Source: Azolla caroliniana
Taxonomy: Eukaryota > Plantae > Polypodiophyta
Assembly: GCA_043228905.1 (NCBI GenBank)
Contig: JBHGNT010000001.1
Coordinates: forward strand, 28,520,001-28,584,000
Reading direction: 5' to 3'
DNA length: 64,000 bases
Shown: one piece after another, positions 34,900 through 48,170 of the stretch
Layout of the letters: the number at the start of each line of letters is the position of its first letter
How positions within the stretch are numbered: the first letter of the stretch is position 1
Made by a program: the position numbers and the translations under genes
The notes under the pieces: generated by a model
Told to the model about the DNA's origin: nothing
The model's database searches: none
What the model saw: the letters and a program-made list of their open reading frames with translations, nothing else

Positions 34900-37800
34900 T
34901 GAGGAAATGATCCCCACATGCTTTAATATTTGAAAATCCTAAATTAGAATACCTTTCAACTTCTTCATATACGTTGCACCCCATGTCTGCCATCAAACAT
35001 GAAAGCATTATGCATATTCCAATTGTGTTGTAGTACCCAATATCGTGAATTGGAACAATAACTCCATCTTGTCATTTGGACCATTTTGAGCATACTGTGA
35101 AAAAACCCATTGTTGAAAACTCAAAGAACAAGGTTAAAACTTGTCAAAAGTCCAATAAGTACTTCGAAATGATACACGTTATAGGACATTTAATTAACCT
35201 ATGTGTACTATCCTCCAACGGAATGGTGCAAATGAAACAAGTGTCTCTTTAAGGTTGAACCTCATGGGAGCACACCTATCATGACTCTCTATATGAATAC
35301 CTTTGCATGAAATAGCAAATGGGAATGCCAACCACGTTGTAATATTTGTCACCACCTTGCATTCAATTTACATATAGTCCACACCTTTTTTGCTTAAGTT
35401 TAGGAAATAGCCAAGATAATGATAATATTGCATAATGATACAATATATTTGTAGTCACCTGTAACAAGCATGCACAATCCTGTAATCGTTAATCCACCAA
35501 ATGTGTAACATTTGTTTGAATGGCAAAGATCCATACAACAATGGTATATCTTGCAATTTCTTCCAAATAAATCCATAGTTTGGGGGAATGCATCACCATT
35601 GTTTTACATTTTCAAACTCCAACAACCTTGATATATTCAACATCAACCACATCTCCCAAATGTACAACCCCCAATCAAAATAAATGATTGAATTGAGATC
35701 TAACCTTCTCTTTTCCGTGCCAATACAACACTCGAGAAGAAATTACCAATTCATTTTATAATGGATTACAAAATTCTCAATCACTTGACGATGCCCACTC
35801 AAAAAAATATAATGTATCTGGCAATGACCTTACCAATTGTTGTCTTCATACAGAATATTGAACCTTTAGAGGAATACATCCATTGAGTAATGGCCACCAC
35901 AATGCTTGAATCTTTGTTTTCCCATGCACCAATCCATCATGCTCAATAAAATATTGAATCATAGGTATCCATGGTTGGTCTTGTTGACACATATCTCGTA
36001 ATAATGCAAATCTACGAGCCATCAAATGCATTTCTAAAATCCAATATTGTTGCACCACCTAACCGTTTGGGAATAACGAAGTGGTCCCATAAAATCCATG
36101 TAACTCTCATTGTTTCCCCCTTCTACCATGATATGAATCAAAGAAGTTGCAACAATATTCGGAGTAACTCCACCATTAAGTATCACACGAGATGTTTCAT
36201 TTTGCCCTACCAAAAAAGACAAGTCCACACATATGTTGACCAAACCCCATATTATATATCACGCCTGAGAGAAAAGACCAATTAACATGATCATATGCTT
36301 TTTCCAAATCTAATTGTACCATAACCATTTCTTGGTGTGTATGTCGAGCATAATTGGTAGCCATTTAAACATTCAATACATTATGGAATATATTTCTACC
36401 TATAATAAAACCATATTGACATTAATACATTGAGGTAAGAATCTTGTAATTATATTAGATAATGTCTTTGCAAACACTTTGTACAACCCTCCTATCATGT
36501 ACACACACATGTACATGATATGTATCTCACTTAATTGACCCCCATATATAGAAGTTTAGAACTATATTCTCTCGTTTTTTCTAATGAATGATTGTTATAG
36601 TTATTGCAATTCGTAACAATACATAATACCTTATAAGTGCAAGTCCCTTGAATCATTCTACCTCTTAACAAATTTGACCTTGCATTTAATATAGTATATC
36701 CTTGTGTTAGTTTTACTAAGCTAGAATAACCTTTAGATGATGATGCCCCCACCTCCCGAAATAAAGAGCACTAAAAACAACATCATCTCATAATCTCTAG
36801 CCTTTGATTTTTTTCATAGTTGTGAAATAGCGACAACTTGTGATTGCTCGTAAATATTCATAAACACTCAAAATCATTATCAACGTCGTACGTGCATACA
36901 TATGTATATCAAATCATTACAATTTCCAAGAACAAAAAAGGATCATACGAGGTTTTCACACACCTCGTCTCATAAGAGGATCACACCCTTTCCAAAAAAT
37001 AACCATGAAGACACCAACCTTGGCATCAAGTTATGAACACCAAGAGTAATGCACTCACCAAGTAAGAATGGAGCTTGATCTCAATGGGATCCTCCGCCTC
37101 AAGTGACCAATACCCTCCCAAGAGAAGGAATTTACGTGAGTTTTCCAAAACCACTTGAATTGTTCATGTGAACACACAACTCAAAGAATGATTTTACCAC
37201 AACACCTCATTGGACCATGAGACAATTTTAGAAAATGTACATTTGGTTCTTTATGTTTTTAGGTGGCATTAAGTTTACCCCTATCCACTCTACGTGTGTT
37301 TTAGGTAGCAAATGTCCTAATTTGTTAAAGGTATATGAATAAGACTTGGAGTGTAAATCATGTGTGTTTATTTTTCAAGTACATGTGGACCGACAACTTT
37401 AAGCAACAAAGAGTTTTTACGAATAAAACTTAGTGATAAAAGTATCCCAAATTCTGAAACATTATTCAAGTTGTTAACATCTAAAGCAAGATCATGGTGA
37501 TAAGACAAGAAATCACGTGTATCTTGTGGAGAGAACCCTTTCATCATAACGCGTTACACACCTAATCATCGTCAACCGAAAACAATGATATGAAACTATA
37601 TCTTCCAATAGATATTGTTCACTCTTGAAGCTGACCCAAAAAATCCACCTAGTAGCTAGAATGGTAATGGAAAATGGAGAAATATAAAAAGCCATCATCA
37701 CTTTTTCCAATGATGAACGAATGAAATGATTAACATAATCTTTAATAGTCTTTCCAATATTGTTGTTGAATGTTCCTTACGAATGTGGCAACTCCACCTA

Positions 37801-38060
37801 AACTACGTGGGTAGTCATGAATAACATGGACATGCACTCCAACCTAAAGTATATTAAGATGCATAACACCTCATGCGATAGATGTTGTTCCATTGAAGAT
37901 GAAAATCTGGAAAAGGGGATCACTTCATCAAGCAATGCTATAATGATTCATTAATTTTCCTCTTTTTCCAAATGGATGCATCTCAAAAATAAAAAGGAAA
38001 TCACACCAAGGTTTTTTGATAAATAGGTCAAGACAAACCTACTATCTTACTTTTGTTTTC
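34900..38060 (-). mobile_element. Degenerate L1-type LINE ORF2 (endonuclease and RT remnants)
   Basis: From ~36498 the minus strand gives MIGGLYKVFAKTLSN..FLPQCI..QYGFIIGRNIFHN..VQLDLEKAYDHVNWSFL..MGFG (RT). Weak endonuclease-like GGVATFVR near 37790. Boundaries are approximate. Confidence 0.75.
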
Positions 38061-40269
38061 TATTGGAAGTTTGCATTCAACGCATAAATTGTGCATATTC
38101 ACCTACTGACGAGGCAATTGTTTATATCCTCAAGACACATTGGGGTAACGGGTTAACGGTGGGCAAGGTGTTACTTTGGTGGCACCATTTTCCCATGTCC
38201 ATCTGGGCATTGGATGGTGTTTATGCAAGTTTAAGTGCTTGGGAAGGGAAATAGTCCTCTACTCAAGGTGCTCACATAAATATAATAATAAGCAAAACCC
38301 GAAGGTGGATGAGTACATGGAAAGGAAAGTTCAAAGGAATGAATTGACATAAAAACTACTCATTTCCTTTGGAGAGATCTGACTGACTGACTGGTGGTAC
38401 AAATTTGGATCTTCCAAGATTTAAAATATTGATACCTTTCTTGGGATAATATGGTACATCTCAACACAAGAGAATAACAAGGGTTTAGGGTTGGCAGTCA
38501 ACATAAGGCCATGTGCTGTCTAAGAAGGTCCTCTAAAATCAATATATGAACCGATGAGTTCGAGAAGGAGTCTACAAGAAAATGTCGGAATTTTTTCTTG
38601 CCAAAAGAGAGGCAACCTTCCCTTGGGCTCACAAAAGAAACCCTTTTCCAACAATGAATTGAGATGTTCGTTCATGTGTTTTCTAATATAAACCGGGTTT
38701 TGAGCATATAGAATTTCGTGAAAAATCCACTTTAATGTTCAAGAAACATAGCATTGACATCGATTTTGCTAAGGGTTGAATGTTTGGTTTTCATACATTA
38801 AGTCGATAAAAACATAACCGACAGTAACAATATTAAAAACGTATAGTTTAGATATATGCAAATATTTTGTAGATCCAGGTCTTGAATATTTTTAGTCGGT
38901 AAAACTACCCTATTAGATCCATCCATATACCCTTATCCTTCATGCTTTTTTTTATCGCAATACACAATGTCATAACCTTGACTTAGCACTATTACCACTT
39001 AGTTGAAGCCCTAGAAAGCTCAAGTCACAACTAAACCACAACAAGATGGAATAAACAAGTTAAAATTGGAATATAGGTGCATAAATAGACAAATTTGCCC
39101 ACAAGCAAGCAAGGTAGCCCTCTAGAGGTATTCTTTTACTAAAAATATTTTGTCACGAAGTAGGCTATTCGCCTTGCATTTACTTTTGTGTTTTGCTTCT
39201 CCTCAACTCAAATTCTATTGCAATATAAAGCAATATTAAACGTTGTCACCTTCATAACAACCTCCATAGTAAATGTGGCGAATTGAAAGATAAATAAACC
39301 AACAAGAGGTTACTCAATCATGGCAATGAATAAGCCCATTTTTTCCACAAGCGACAAACATGCAAACGATTGCACGGTAGGCACAATCCTGATCACAATC
39401 CCACAATGTTAGGACAAGTCATAATCAAGACTATGTGAACCAAAATATGGAAAAAGCTTTGTTAATATTTGCAAACTAAGTATATGGAATCCCAACTCTC
39501 CAACATATTTGAGTTTTGATAAAGTTCTTATATACCATCTCTTCACATAAAAATTGTGTGCTCGATTCAACACTTTCAAACGATTTCTAAAAAAAATTAT
39601 AATGCTAGCAAGGAGTATACATATTTGAGTTGTTCAGTATAAGGAGCCGCCTTTGATCAGATTTGTGAAGATTTACAAGGGGTTAGTTTCAAGTTTACTA
39701 TGGAGACACAACATCGAGATTACATCATTGACAAAGCGACCACATGTTCCCAATGCAATGGTCAGTTTGACCAGCCGGCCAATATGCTCCATGGAAGGAG
39801 AGAGGGGCAAAAGCAAGAAAGATGCATCTAAGAATGAGAATATGGAATAGGGTGATTGATCTTCCATGTGTGTGTGTGTGTGTGTGTTTTATCTTTTTGA
39901 TGGTTGTTTTTCATTTTCTTTCTTTCTTTTTGGTTTTTTATCTCTTAACGAACATTTGATGGTAAAGATACCACCACACCTTTCTTTCTTGCTTGCTTGC
40001 TTTTCTTTTTTGTGTACATATACATTGGTTTCTTTTGGAGTGTCGTAGTAGGGGTGAGACGGTGATGCATTCATTCAATACGGGGAATGTGGGTGTACCG
40101 CATCTTTTCTTGTGAAATATATATGTATATATATACTACGGGTTCTTGTGGGCGGGCGTTCATGTCCGGGCGGGCGGGCTAGGGCATAAAAAAAGGCCAA
40201 TGGAGAGAGGAGGTGTGCGGGGGGGGGGGCGTGTCCAGCAGAGGGTAGGACGGACATATATTGGGTGGG

Positions 40270-41616
40270 TCATTGGGGGAGGGAGGAGATCTTCTTAATT
40301 TTCTTGGTGTGGAGGTAACCACCGTAGAGGTAGGAGAGGAAGCCCCAGAGGGAGAGGAGCATAGCAATGGCCTTTACGGGGGAGAAGGTGTCACGGAAGA
40401 AGGCCAGGGCGAGGAGGGGTAGGACGGGGATCATGGCGGTCATAAAGACGCAGGACATGAGGGGGGAGGCCAAGAAGACGATGCCCACCCCGCCCACCAC
40501 GTAGAGCTGCCACCCGACGGCGGAGAAGGCCAGGGTGGCGACGTAGGCGGCGACGCCCAGGTCGAAGGCGGCGGCCTCCTGGCGGAGGGCCCCGAAGTCG
40601 CCGCCGGCCCACATGCCCAGGAGGGAGCAGAGGGAGGCGACCATGGACACCCCAACCTGGACCTCCATCACCACCACGAAGCTACTGCTCCTGCTCCTGG
40701 CGGCGGCGGCGGCTCCCCTGCTGCTGCTGCTGCTGCTGCTGTTCCTGGAGCCACCAGACCCATCCCCATCTTCCGCTAACACTCGCCTGTACATCAGCTC
40801 CATTAGCGGCAGGAGGAGCGCGAAGAGCGCCGACGCCAGCACCGTGACCACCACCCCCACCGCGTACTGGCCCTGGCTCGTCCCCTCCGGCCTCTCCGAC
40901 GCCGACGTCACCGCCAGCAGCACCGTGCCCAGCGTGATCACCACCACCGCGTTCAGCGCCTGCCACGTGAGACGCTGCCCCACCAGCAGGTACGAGAAGA
41001 CGGCGTTGAAGGCCAGCTGGGAGGAGCAGAGCAGCGAGTTGGTGGAGACGGACAGGTAGGAGAGACCCCAGGAGTACAGCAGGTTGTCCAGCGCCGTCAG
41101 CGACCCCAGCGCCAGGAAGCACAACACCAGTTTCGGGGTGGCCAGGGTGCGTGGCAACCATAACGACGACGAAGACGACCACTCCTTCTGCTCCTGCTGA
41201 TGACCGCCTCCCCCCCGGCGGCGGCGCCACTGCGCGTAGTAGGAGATGGCCAAAGGGATGAGGAGGATCGGCCACCCCGTGCACTCGATCCACGTGTACA
41301 GCCACCGCCGGGAGCCGCCGTGCACGAAGTAGAGCCGCCCCAGCAGCGTGGCCGACGACAGGCCCAGCACCAATGCCGCACTGCTCGCCGCCATCAGGCC
41401 CCAGTAGCCCAATCCCTTCCCGAACAGCTCCAGCCGCCCATCCCCATCCTCCGACAACGACTTCTGGTCTGAACCCACCTCCATCGCCGCCGCCGCCGCC
41501 GCCGCCGCACGACTGTCAGCCGCTTCCTCCGCCGCCGCTGCCGCTTGCGCTTGAGCCTTCTCCATGTCTGCAGGAGTAACTATCACCACATGCTCCGCCG
41601 CCGAAGCCACCGCCAT
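40270..41616 (-). CDS. Purine permease (PUP family, DMT superfamily), intronless, 448 aa
   Basis: LLGRLYFVHGGSRRWLYTW..GWPILL, LDNLLYSWGLSYLSVSTNSLLCSSQLAFNAVFSY and KAIAMLLSLWGFLSYLYG are typical PUP motifs, with ~10 hydrophobic segments. The first ATG is in context caccATGG. Confidence 0.93.
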   Translation of the reverse strand: MAVASAAEHVVIVTPADMEKAQAQAAAAAEEAADSRAAAAAAAAMEVGSDQKSLSEDGDGRLELFGKGLGYWGLMAASSAALVLGLSSATLLGRLYFVHGGSRRWLYTWIECTGWPILLIPLAISYYAQWRRRRGGGGHQQEQKEWSSSSSLWLPRTLATPKLVLCFLALGSLTALDNLLYSWGLSYLSVSTNSLLCSSQLAFNAVFSYLLVGQRLTWQALNAVVVITLGTVLLAVTSASERPEGTSQGQYAVGVVVTVLASALFALLLPLMELMYRRVLAEDGDGSGGSRNSSSSSSSRGAAAAARSRSSSFVVVMEVQVGVSMVASLCSLLGMWAGGDFGALRQEAAAFDLGVAAYVATLAFSAVGWQLYVVGGVGIVFLASPLMSCVFMTAMIPVLPLLALAFFRDTFSPVKAIAMLLSLWGFLSYLYGGYLHTKKIKKISSLPQ

Positions 41617-42204
41617 GGTGTGAGGGATCGGACCCGCAATTGATTGAGCTCTACTCTGCACGTTGCCTCGCGCAATTTCAGCCGCCGCCAACGATTGGAA
41701 GGCGTCCTAATGTGGGTGCGAGTTAATTAATGTGCTGCAATTCTAGAAATTGGCTCCGATTTCAGCTCCCATTGAAGGAGGAGGAGGAGGAGGAGGAGGA
41801 CCAAGAAGAAGAACAGGTAGTAATAATCGGTTGCAATTGAGAGGGAAGGGGGCGGGGGAATCTAAATAAGGAGCTCTGTAAGTAGTTTGCAATCAATCCA
41901 GGAGGAGATTTGGAATAGGAGAATGGATGGATGAATGGAAGTAATTTAATAATCGGAGGTGTCGGATCGGTTGGGGATGGGGATAATTCGATAGATGGAA
42001 GGGTGATTGGATTGATCGCTACTTAATTGGAGATGGAGATGGAGATGGAGTTGTTTGCTTGAGTGATTGACTGAATTGTGAGAGGGGGAAGGAGGTGGTT
42101 GAGAGCAGAGAGAGAGAGAGAGAAAGAGCAGAACAGAGGAGGTAAATGAAAGAAGTTTGGGGCAAACATATCTGCACCCAAATCGCGCCTTTTAAAATAA
42201 CGAG

Positions 42205-42242
42205 ATACAGAGAGAGGAGAGAAGAGAGAGAGAGAGAGAGAG

Positions 42243-42304
<62 letters not shown>

Positions 42305-42322
42305 TGTGCGCGCGCGTGTGTA
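42205..42322. repeat. Compound (GA)n(GT)n microsatellite upstream of the PUP gene
   Basis: Direct reading. Confidence 0.95.
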
Positions 42323-45300
42323 TTGTGGTGGTGGGGAGGGGGCTTATAAATGCAAATAAATAAAATATGTTTGATTTTTTACTTTCTATTATTTATTTTA
42401 TTTCTTAATTATTATTCTCACTCCCCTTGTCCCCCTCCCCCTTCCCCGCTTTCTCTTCTTCATACTGTAAATTCTGTAATTGAAGGAATGAATGAATCCT
42501 TCCTCACACACAACACCACAAGACTCCAAAATGCTTCATCTCCTTCTTTGTCTCCCCATTCATACATACATTCTCCTCTATACCCCCGAGATGCACTTCT
42601 TCTTCTTCGTATTCTTCTTCTTCTCCGGGCATTTCATCTCGTCGTGACAGTCAGTGGGCTTCCGTTTCCCACTCAAACGACACGGAACTTACATGCCTTA
42701 GAAGGCATGTAGTAATTCTTGGAACACAACCCCACCCATCTTGGATAGATGGATGGATGGATGGGGAGGAGAGGAGTTCCCTCATCACTCGTAGGCACCG
42801 AAACTATCGGTGTGAAGCCTAGCACGGAAAGAACGTGCCAAGAGACTCAAAATTATGTGGCCGACATACATGTTTGACGTTGAGCTAGAGGTTGTTGCCT
42901 ACCTTAACACGTTGTTGGTTCGTAACTTTTGATGTCATAAGCACTTTTTATCTCGCATTTTGCGATCTTAATCACACCTAGTCATTAACTATAGATCCAC
43001 CAACAAAGGCTATGCTTCCCTAGTTAAAGAAATGTGTAGGCATGGTGCCATGACAAGAAGATTCACACTGTTGAGTGTGTGCACGCCATTCATTTTCGTA
43101 TATAATCTCCATATTCATGCTAAAAAAATGATAAAAAGAATATGGAAAGAAGAACAAAAACCAAAGTCCATGTGTCACACATCCATTGGGAATGAATTCA
43201 AGAGCATGCTTTCAACCAGGGCAAAAAACTGGCGTTTGTCCCAACAATGTTGCACTCCTACACAACATTAGTGAAGAAAACTATATGTCACCCATGGTTT
43301 CCTCATAGATGTTTGGTCAATAATTCCATCCACCCTTGGGATATGCTTGGCATATTAAGGCCCAACGGTAAGTTTTTAGAACTACATGTCTTTTAAAGGA
43401 AACTAATGAAGGCTAGAATTTGGAAGTCAATATGTCTCCACTCTCCCATGGCCACATGTCAAGCTCCTTTGCATGATCACAAAGGCGTAAAACGTCCTTC
43501 TTTTCCACCCATCGAACTCATCGAATTGCCAAAACCACTTGTGAACTTAAGATTTTGCCTTCCTTTCCACCACCCTAATTGTCATGTATCATTGTTTTGT
43601 CGAGTTCATTTATCTAACTTGAACATAAAACTTTGCCCTTCTTTTGTCATGTCACATTCCCACCTTTTATTTGAACGCACTCTAAGAAGTAAAACCCTCC
43701 CTCCAACTTTCACAATCCACAACTGAAAAATACAAAACAAAGAAAAAGGTTCTCTAGCCACTGGCTTTGAGATTTGCTTACTAAAAATCAAATCTTCCCT
43801 TTCATTATTTTCTATGTGACAAGAAAGTGTTTTAAAATTTGTTGGAATTTGGAACTACAAAAATTTTAGGTGGACGCATTAGAAAGGATTCTTTAATAAT
43901 TGTGTTGCTTTAGATGCGTTAGGACCCAATTATTCTTGTAAATAGTTACAATCATCAACTTAAATGTGAATGGCAACTGAAAAACTCACTCGAGGACCGT
44001 CAACCTTAACTTGAGACGGCAATGATGACAATCTCGCCCCTAATTGATTGGATTGGAAAACACATTATCAACATAACTAGTAATGGAGGGATCATCCTTT
44101 ACTTCCAAAGTGTATCTACATCACAAGCAAGTAGGAAGGCGAGGCTTTGGAAAATGTGAGATTAACTAAAGGATGTGTACAAGAGTTAGATGGTGATATG
44201 GTGTGTTGAAATTAAGGGAGATTTCTTTTTAAGTGAGACGATAGTAATGAGACAATCCATCCTTTCTTGGATTGCACAAACAAATTGGCCTTTCGATTGA
44301 AGTGAAAATAAAAGGAGAGAGAAGTTGCATTGGTTTGGTGTTTGTCGTACATGTGAACACTTTGCGGTTGGGACAAGCATTTTTCGAGTAGACTATTTAA
44401 AACTTCAAATTTTCCCAAACCCGAAGAAACGAAACCCTACTATTGTCTTCGACTTCCCCCATATCTCGCTTTTATCTTTGTCCCTACATCCTCTCAACAT
44501 AGAATCATCGAGGTATTTCTTTCCGCTGTACATCTTGGAATTTTCAAACTCTCCTTTTGTAAAAGAAGATTTGGTGTGTCCTCTATGTATAATGTGTATG
44601 CCAATCTTTATTTTGTTTTTGGGGATACCATTCCTATAATCCCACATTAAATCTCCCTACTCCTATTTTTAGATTGGACAAGCCATGTAGAATCTATTAT
44701 TGTATGTTCATGTAAACATGCATAGGGGTGTATCTCTCTCTCTCTAGTTCAATGAACACTATGGGCTCAACCCTATCTCTTATATCACAATTGAGCTCCT
44801 ATGGACCTTAAAGTGGCATATATTTATCTCTTTCACACACGTGCATTCTCTACAATGCGAGACATGGCTTTGAACTCATCGACTATGCATGGTTTGCCGC
44901 GAACAAGTTTGCGAGTTTGAGAATCACACTCCATTGTAAATTAGTTCTCCACCTTTGATCACATTTTATCTTTTGAAACCTACGTTTTCAATTGATACCA
45001 AATCCGTATGCATATTTCCCTCTTGACCACAACGCATTCTCCATTGCAATTTTTGTTGGTGAAATTATTGAATAATGAAACTCCCTTATCAACTCAACAC
45101 ATACTATGTGAACATGTTGTTCCTTTGGCCCATATGCATATCATATTTGGCCTCCAAAGATAATAATGAAGTTTATTTATCTTTATCTAAATATATCATC
45201 ATACATGTGTATTGAAACATTGTAACCTATTCATACATTTTGTATATCACCCCTCTTGCCAATATACACATGCGATGGATAACTTTTGTGTTTCTAATGA

Positions 45301-47945
45301 CAAAACAAAACACAAAGTTGTTGGGATCTTATTGCATTAATGTTGGTGCTAAAGTATGGCCTATGTAGGTAGTAGCCCGTGAAAACTTTGTATCACGTAG
45401 AGGACCACATGCAATGAATTGAAATTCACCAAAGTGACTACAAGCAAATAGAAAGGAGAACTTGTGGTTTAATAAAGATAATAGAGATCTTAGCATAGGG
45501 CCACACTCATTGATAATAATGCGGGAAAATGTTGATGACCTTTGAAAAATGTTCCAAAATAATCTTCTACCAACTTCATTTACTTAATAAATACAAATGT
45601 GTCATTGGGGCATAACGTGCACGAGCCAACCGTCAACCTAAAGGTGTGTAAACAATAAAAGGATTCAAACACAACCAAGCTATACCATTTTCACTTTGTA
45701 TCTTTGATGTCATTAGCCTCACGTTTAAAGGGCAAGCCTTGGGTTTTTATTATTAAATTAGCATGTCCACCTCAGTGATGATATCAACCAATATCCACCT
45801 CTACGTACCTAGGATCATCTTTGGATCTACTTTGTTACAACAAGTGTTCAAATTTGCCAACTTGATATGGATCCTTCGAGGCTTCACTTTTCTTACAAAT
45901 TACAAGTATATATTGTCAACCTTTTACGAAACACTTTTTCACATGTGATGCAATAGCACAATAGACCCAACTAAACATGTACATTTAAATCCCTTGAGAT
46001 ATAGAGACCATCTCATACCTCATATTTGCTATAGGAGAATTTGCCAAAACTTGCTTTAAATGATAATAAGTTGTGTACACGTATATAAGTCAAATTGGGA
46101 ATGATAAAAAAGAAAACTAGGTAAAAATTGTTAAACTTGAAATCCGTATGATGACTCTTAAACTCCAAATATTTAAAGATGTACCAAACTCCCGAAAATG
46201 AGCATCTTTATGAGATTGGTGGAGTAGATTCTTTACAAAATCGAATGTAAGCATGTGCTTAGTCGTAAAACATTGCTTCTGTAATATCTCTAGAAAGATC
46301 ATATTTACATATTGACATCTGATTTGAACACCTTTAATAATACATATTACGTGTTTCAAAGTTCGTGGACTATGAACTCACCATACACCATTTCAAGAAT
46401 TGTTCTAAAATCCCATTCTTTATTGGTGCATTACCTTGAACACCGTTTGCATTGCAAAAAAGTATCATGCATTATACACATATGACATTTATGCGTAGAT
46501 TTTCTTCATTATTTTATATGATGTATGGGTATTTGTGTCCAAATCTCTATGGTTTAGGTTCTTGTGCATTGTAATCTAGATAATGTATGATATTCAGCTT
46601 TGGAGTACCCAACAATTCATCAAAATTTTCATGCGTTGGTCCAATGATAGTTTCACATTGTACTTTGAACATTCATAGTTTATTGATGTAATTATACATA
46701 ACTCAGTACAATAGACATTTTTAAACAACTTCATTTTATAATTTATAAAAACAATTCAACTTCGTATAGATAATGGTTCACGGAATATGCAGAAATAGAT
46801 GTATCATGTAGTTTAGATGAAGAGGTGTATTGTGTAGTCACGTTGACCTTCTACATTATGTCGAACTTGATCCTATTCATACTAATTTTTAACTTAACAC
46901 AATGGGTGTTTGGATTCAAGATGGTATTTTATGCAATTGTCTTAAATCACATATAATTTGATTAATTAGATCAAGCTTTTCCAAATCACATATAGATAAC
47001 ATTGTTAAATTAGGCTACACTATTAAGGAAATGAAAAGTTGATGTCTTTCTTGTAATGCTTAATTTATTGCTTGCATATGGAGACAGAGGAGATCACATG
47101 ACATATAATTCAATAAAAGGAATGTGACGTGGTATTGCAAGAGGCAAATGTGTGATGATGTGAAGACTGGGGGGCCCAAGTTTATGGGTTCATGGCCTAG
47201 TGTCTCCCATACTTGAGTTGGTTTGCGTCAAACTCATGGGACCATGAGATTATAAAATACGAGTTGTTCATGTTGAGTTCATGGTTGTGTCGAACTTGTG
47301 GGGGACCATGTGATCATATAAACCCATGATTTAATTAAAAAAAGAACGTGGTACTGTTTTGAGAAAGCAATAAGTGATCATGGAAATTGGAAGATTTCGC
47401 AACCTTCACAATGTAGGATTTCAATCTATCGAGGGTTGTTAATTGACCAATCTATATATGACAAGCGTGAGCTATGGCGTAAACCCAGGTCAATGTTCAA
47501 ATGACAAATAGAGAGCTCGATACAACACAAACCTACAAAGAGGGAAAGGGCCCATGCAACATGTAGATAAACTAGCGGAGTGATGTTCATGAAAAAGTTG
47601 CTCTCATTCACTAAAAAGTTGAGCAAACACTTGGACTCGGTGATTAGGAATATTTATAAAGGGAAAATATATCCGAAACAAATATGTAAACGCTTTCCTA
47701 ACTCATTATAAATGTCTTCTTGTTTTCCTTTTTTGTTATTTCATCTATTCTCGCACAATGATTTTCATATATTTTTCACACTAAATCCGTGTGTTCTTTC
47801 TTGTAACTTCCTCTAATCTCATATTTAAATTACTTATAAAATATGCTTGGCTTCCTATAAATATCTCATAATAATTATTGCATGCACAAAAGAGGGAAAA
47901 GTTGGTTGATTATTGAACCTTTTTTATTTTTACAAAGCATTCAAG

Positions 47946-48170
47946 CTACGTCCAAGTTTAGGGAAGGAGTAGGTGAATGGCTCGATCATCAAGGACTCGT
48001 TGATGATATCCATATTTCTACCCAATTCTTGATAAGGAGACAACATCTAAGTCTTGATATGGAACATTCACGGTACGTCCGAGTTTAGGGAAGGAGTAGG
48101 TGAATGGATCAATTATCAAGGACTCGTCGATGATATCCATATTTCTACCCAAGTCTTGATAAGAGGAGGA
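47946..48170. repeat. Direct duplication of ~90 bp, period ~127 bp
   Basis: tacgtcc(a/g)agtttagggaaggagtaggtgaatgg...gatatccatatttctacccaa..cttgataag, two copies. Confidence 0.85.

Noticed and set aside
41617-41691. 25-aa N-terminal extension of the purine permease in the ORF track
   Set aside because: It starts at TTG. The first ATG (41616) has a strong context.
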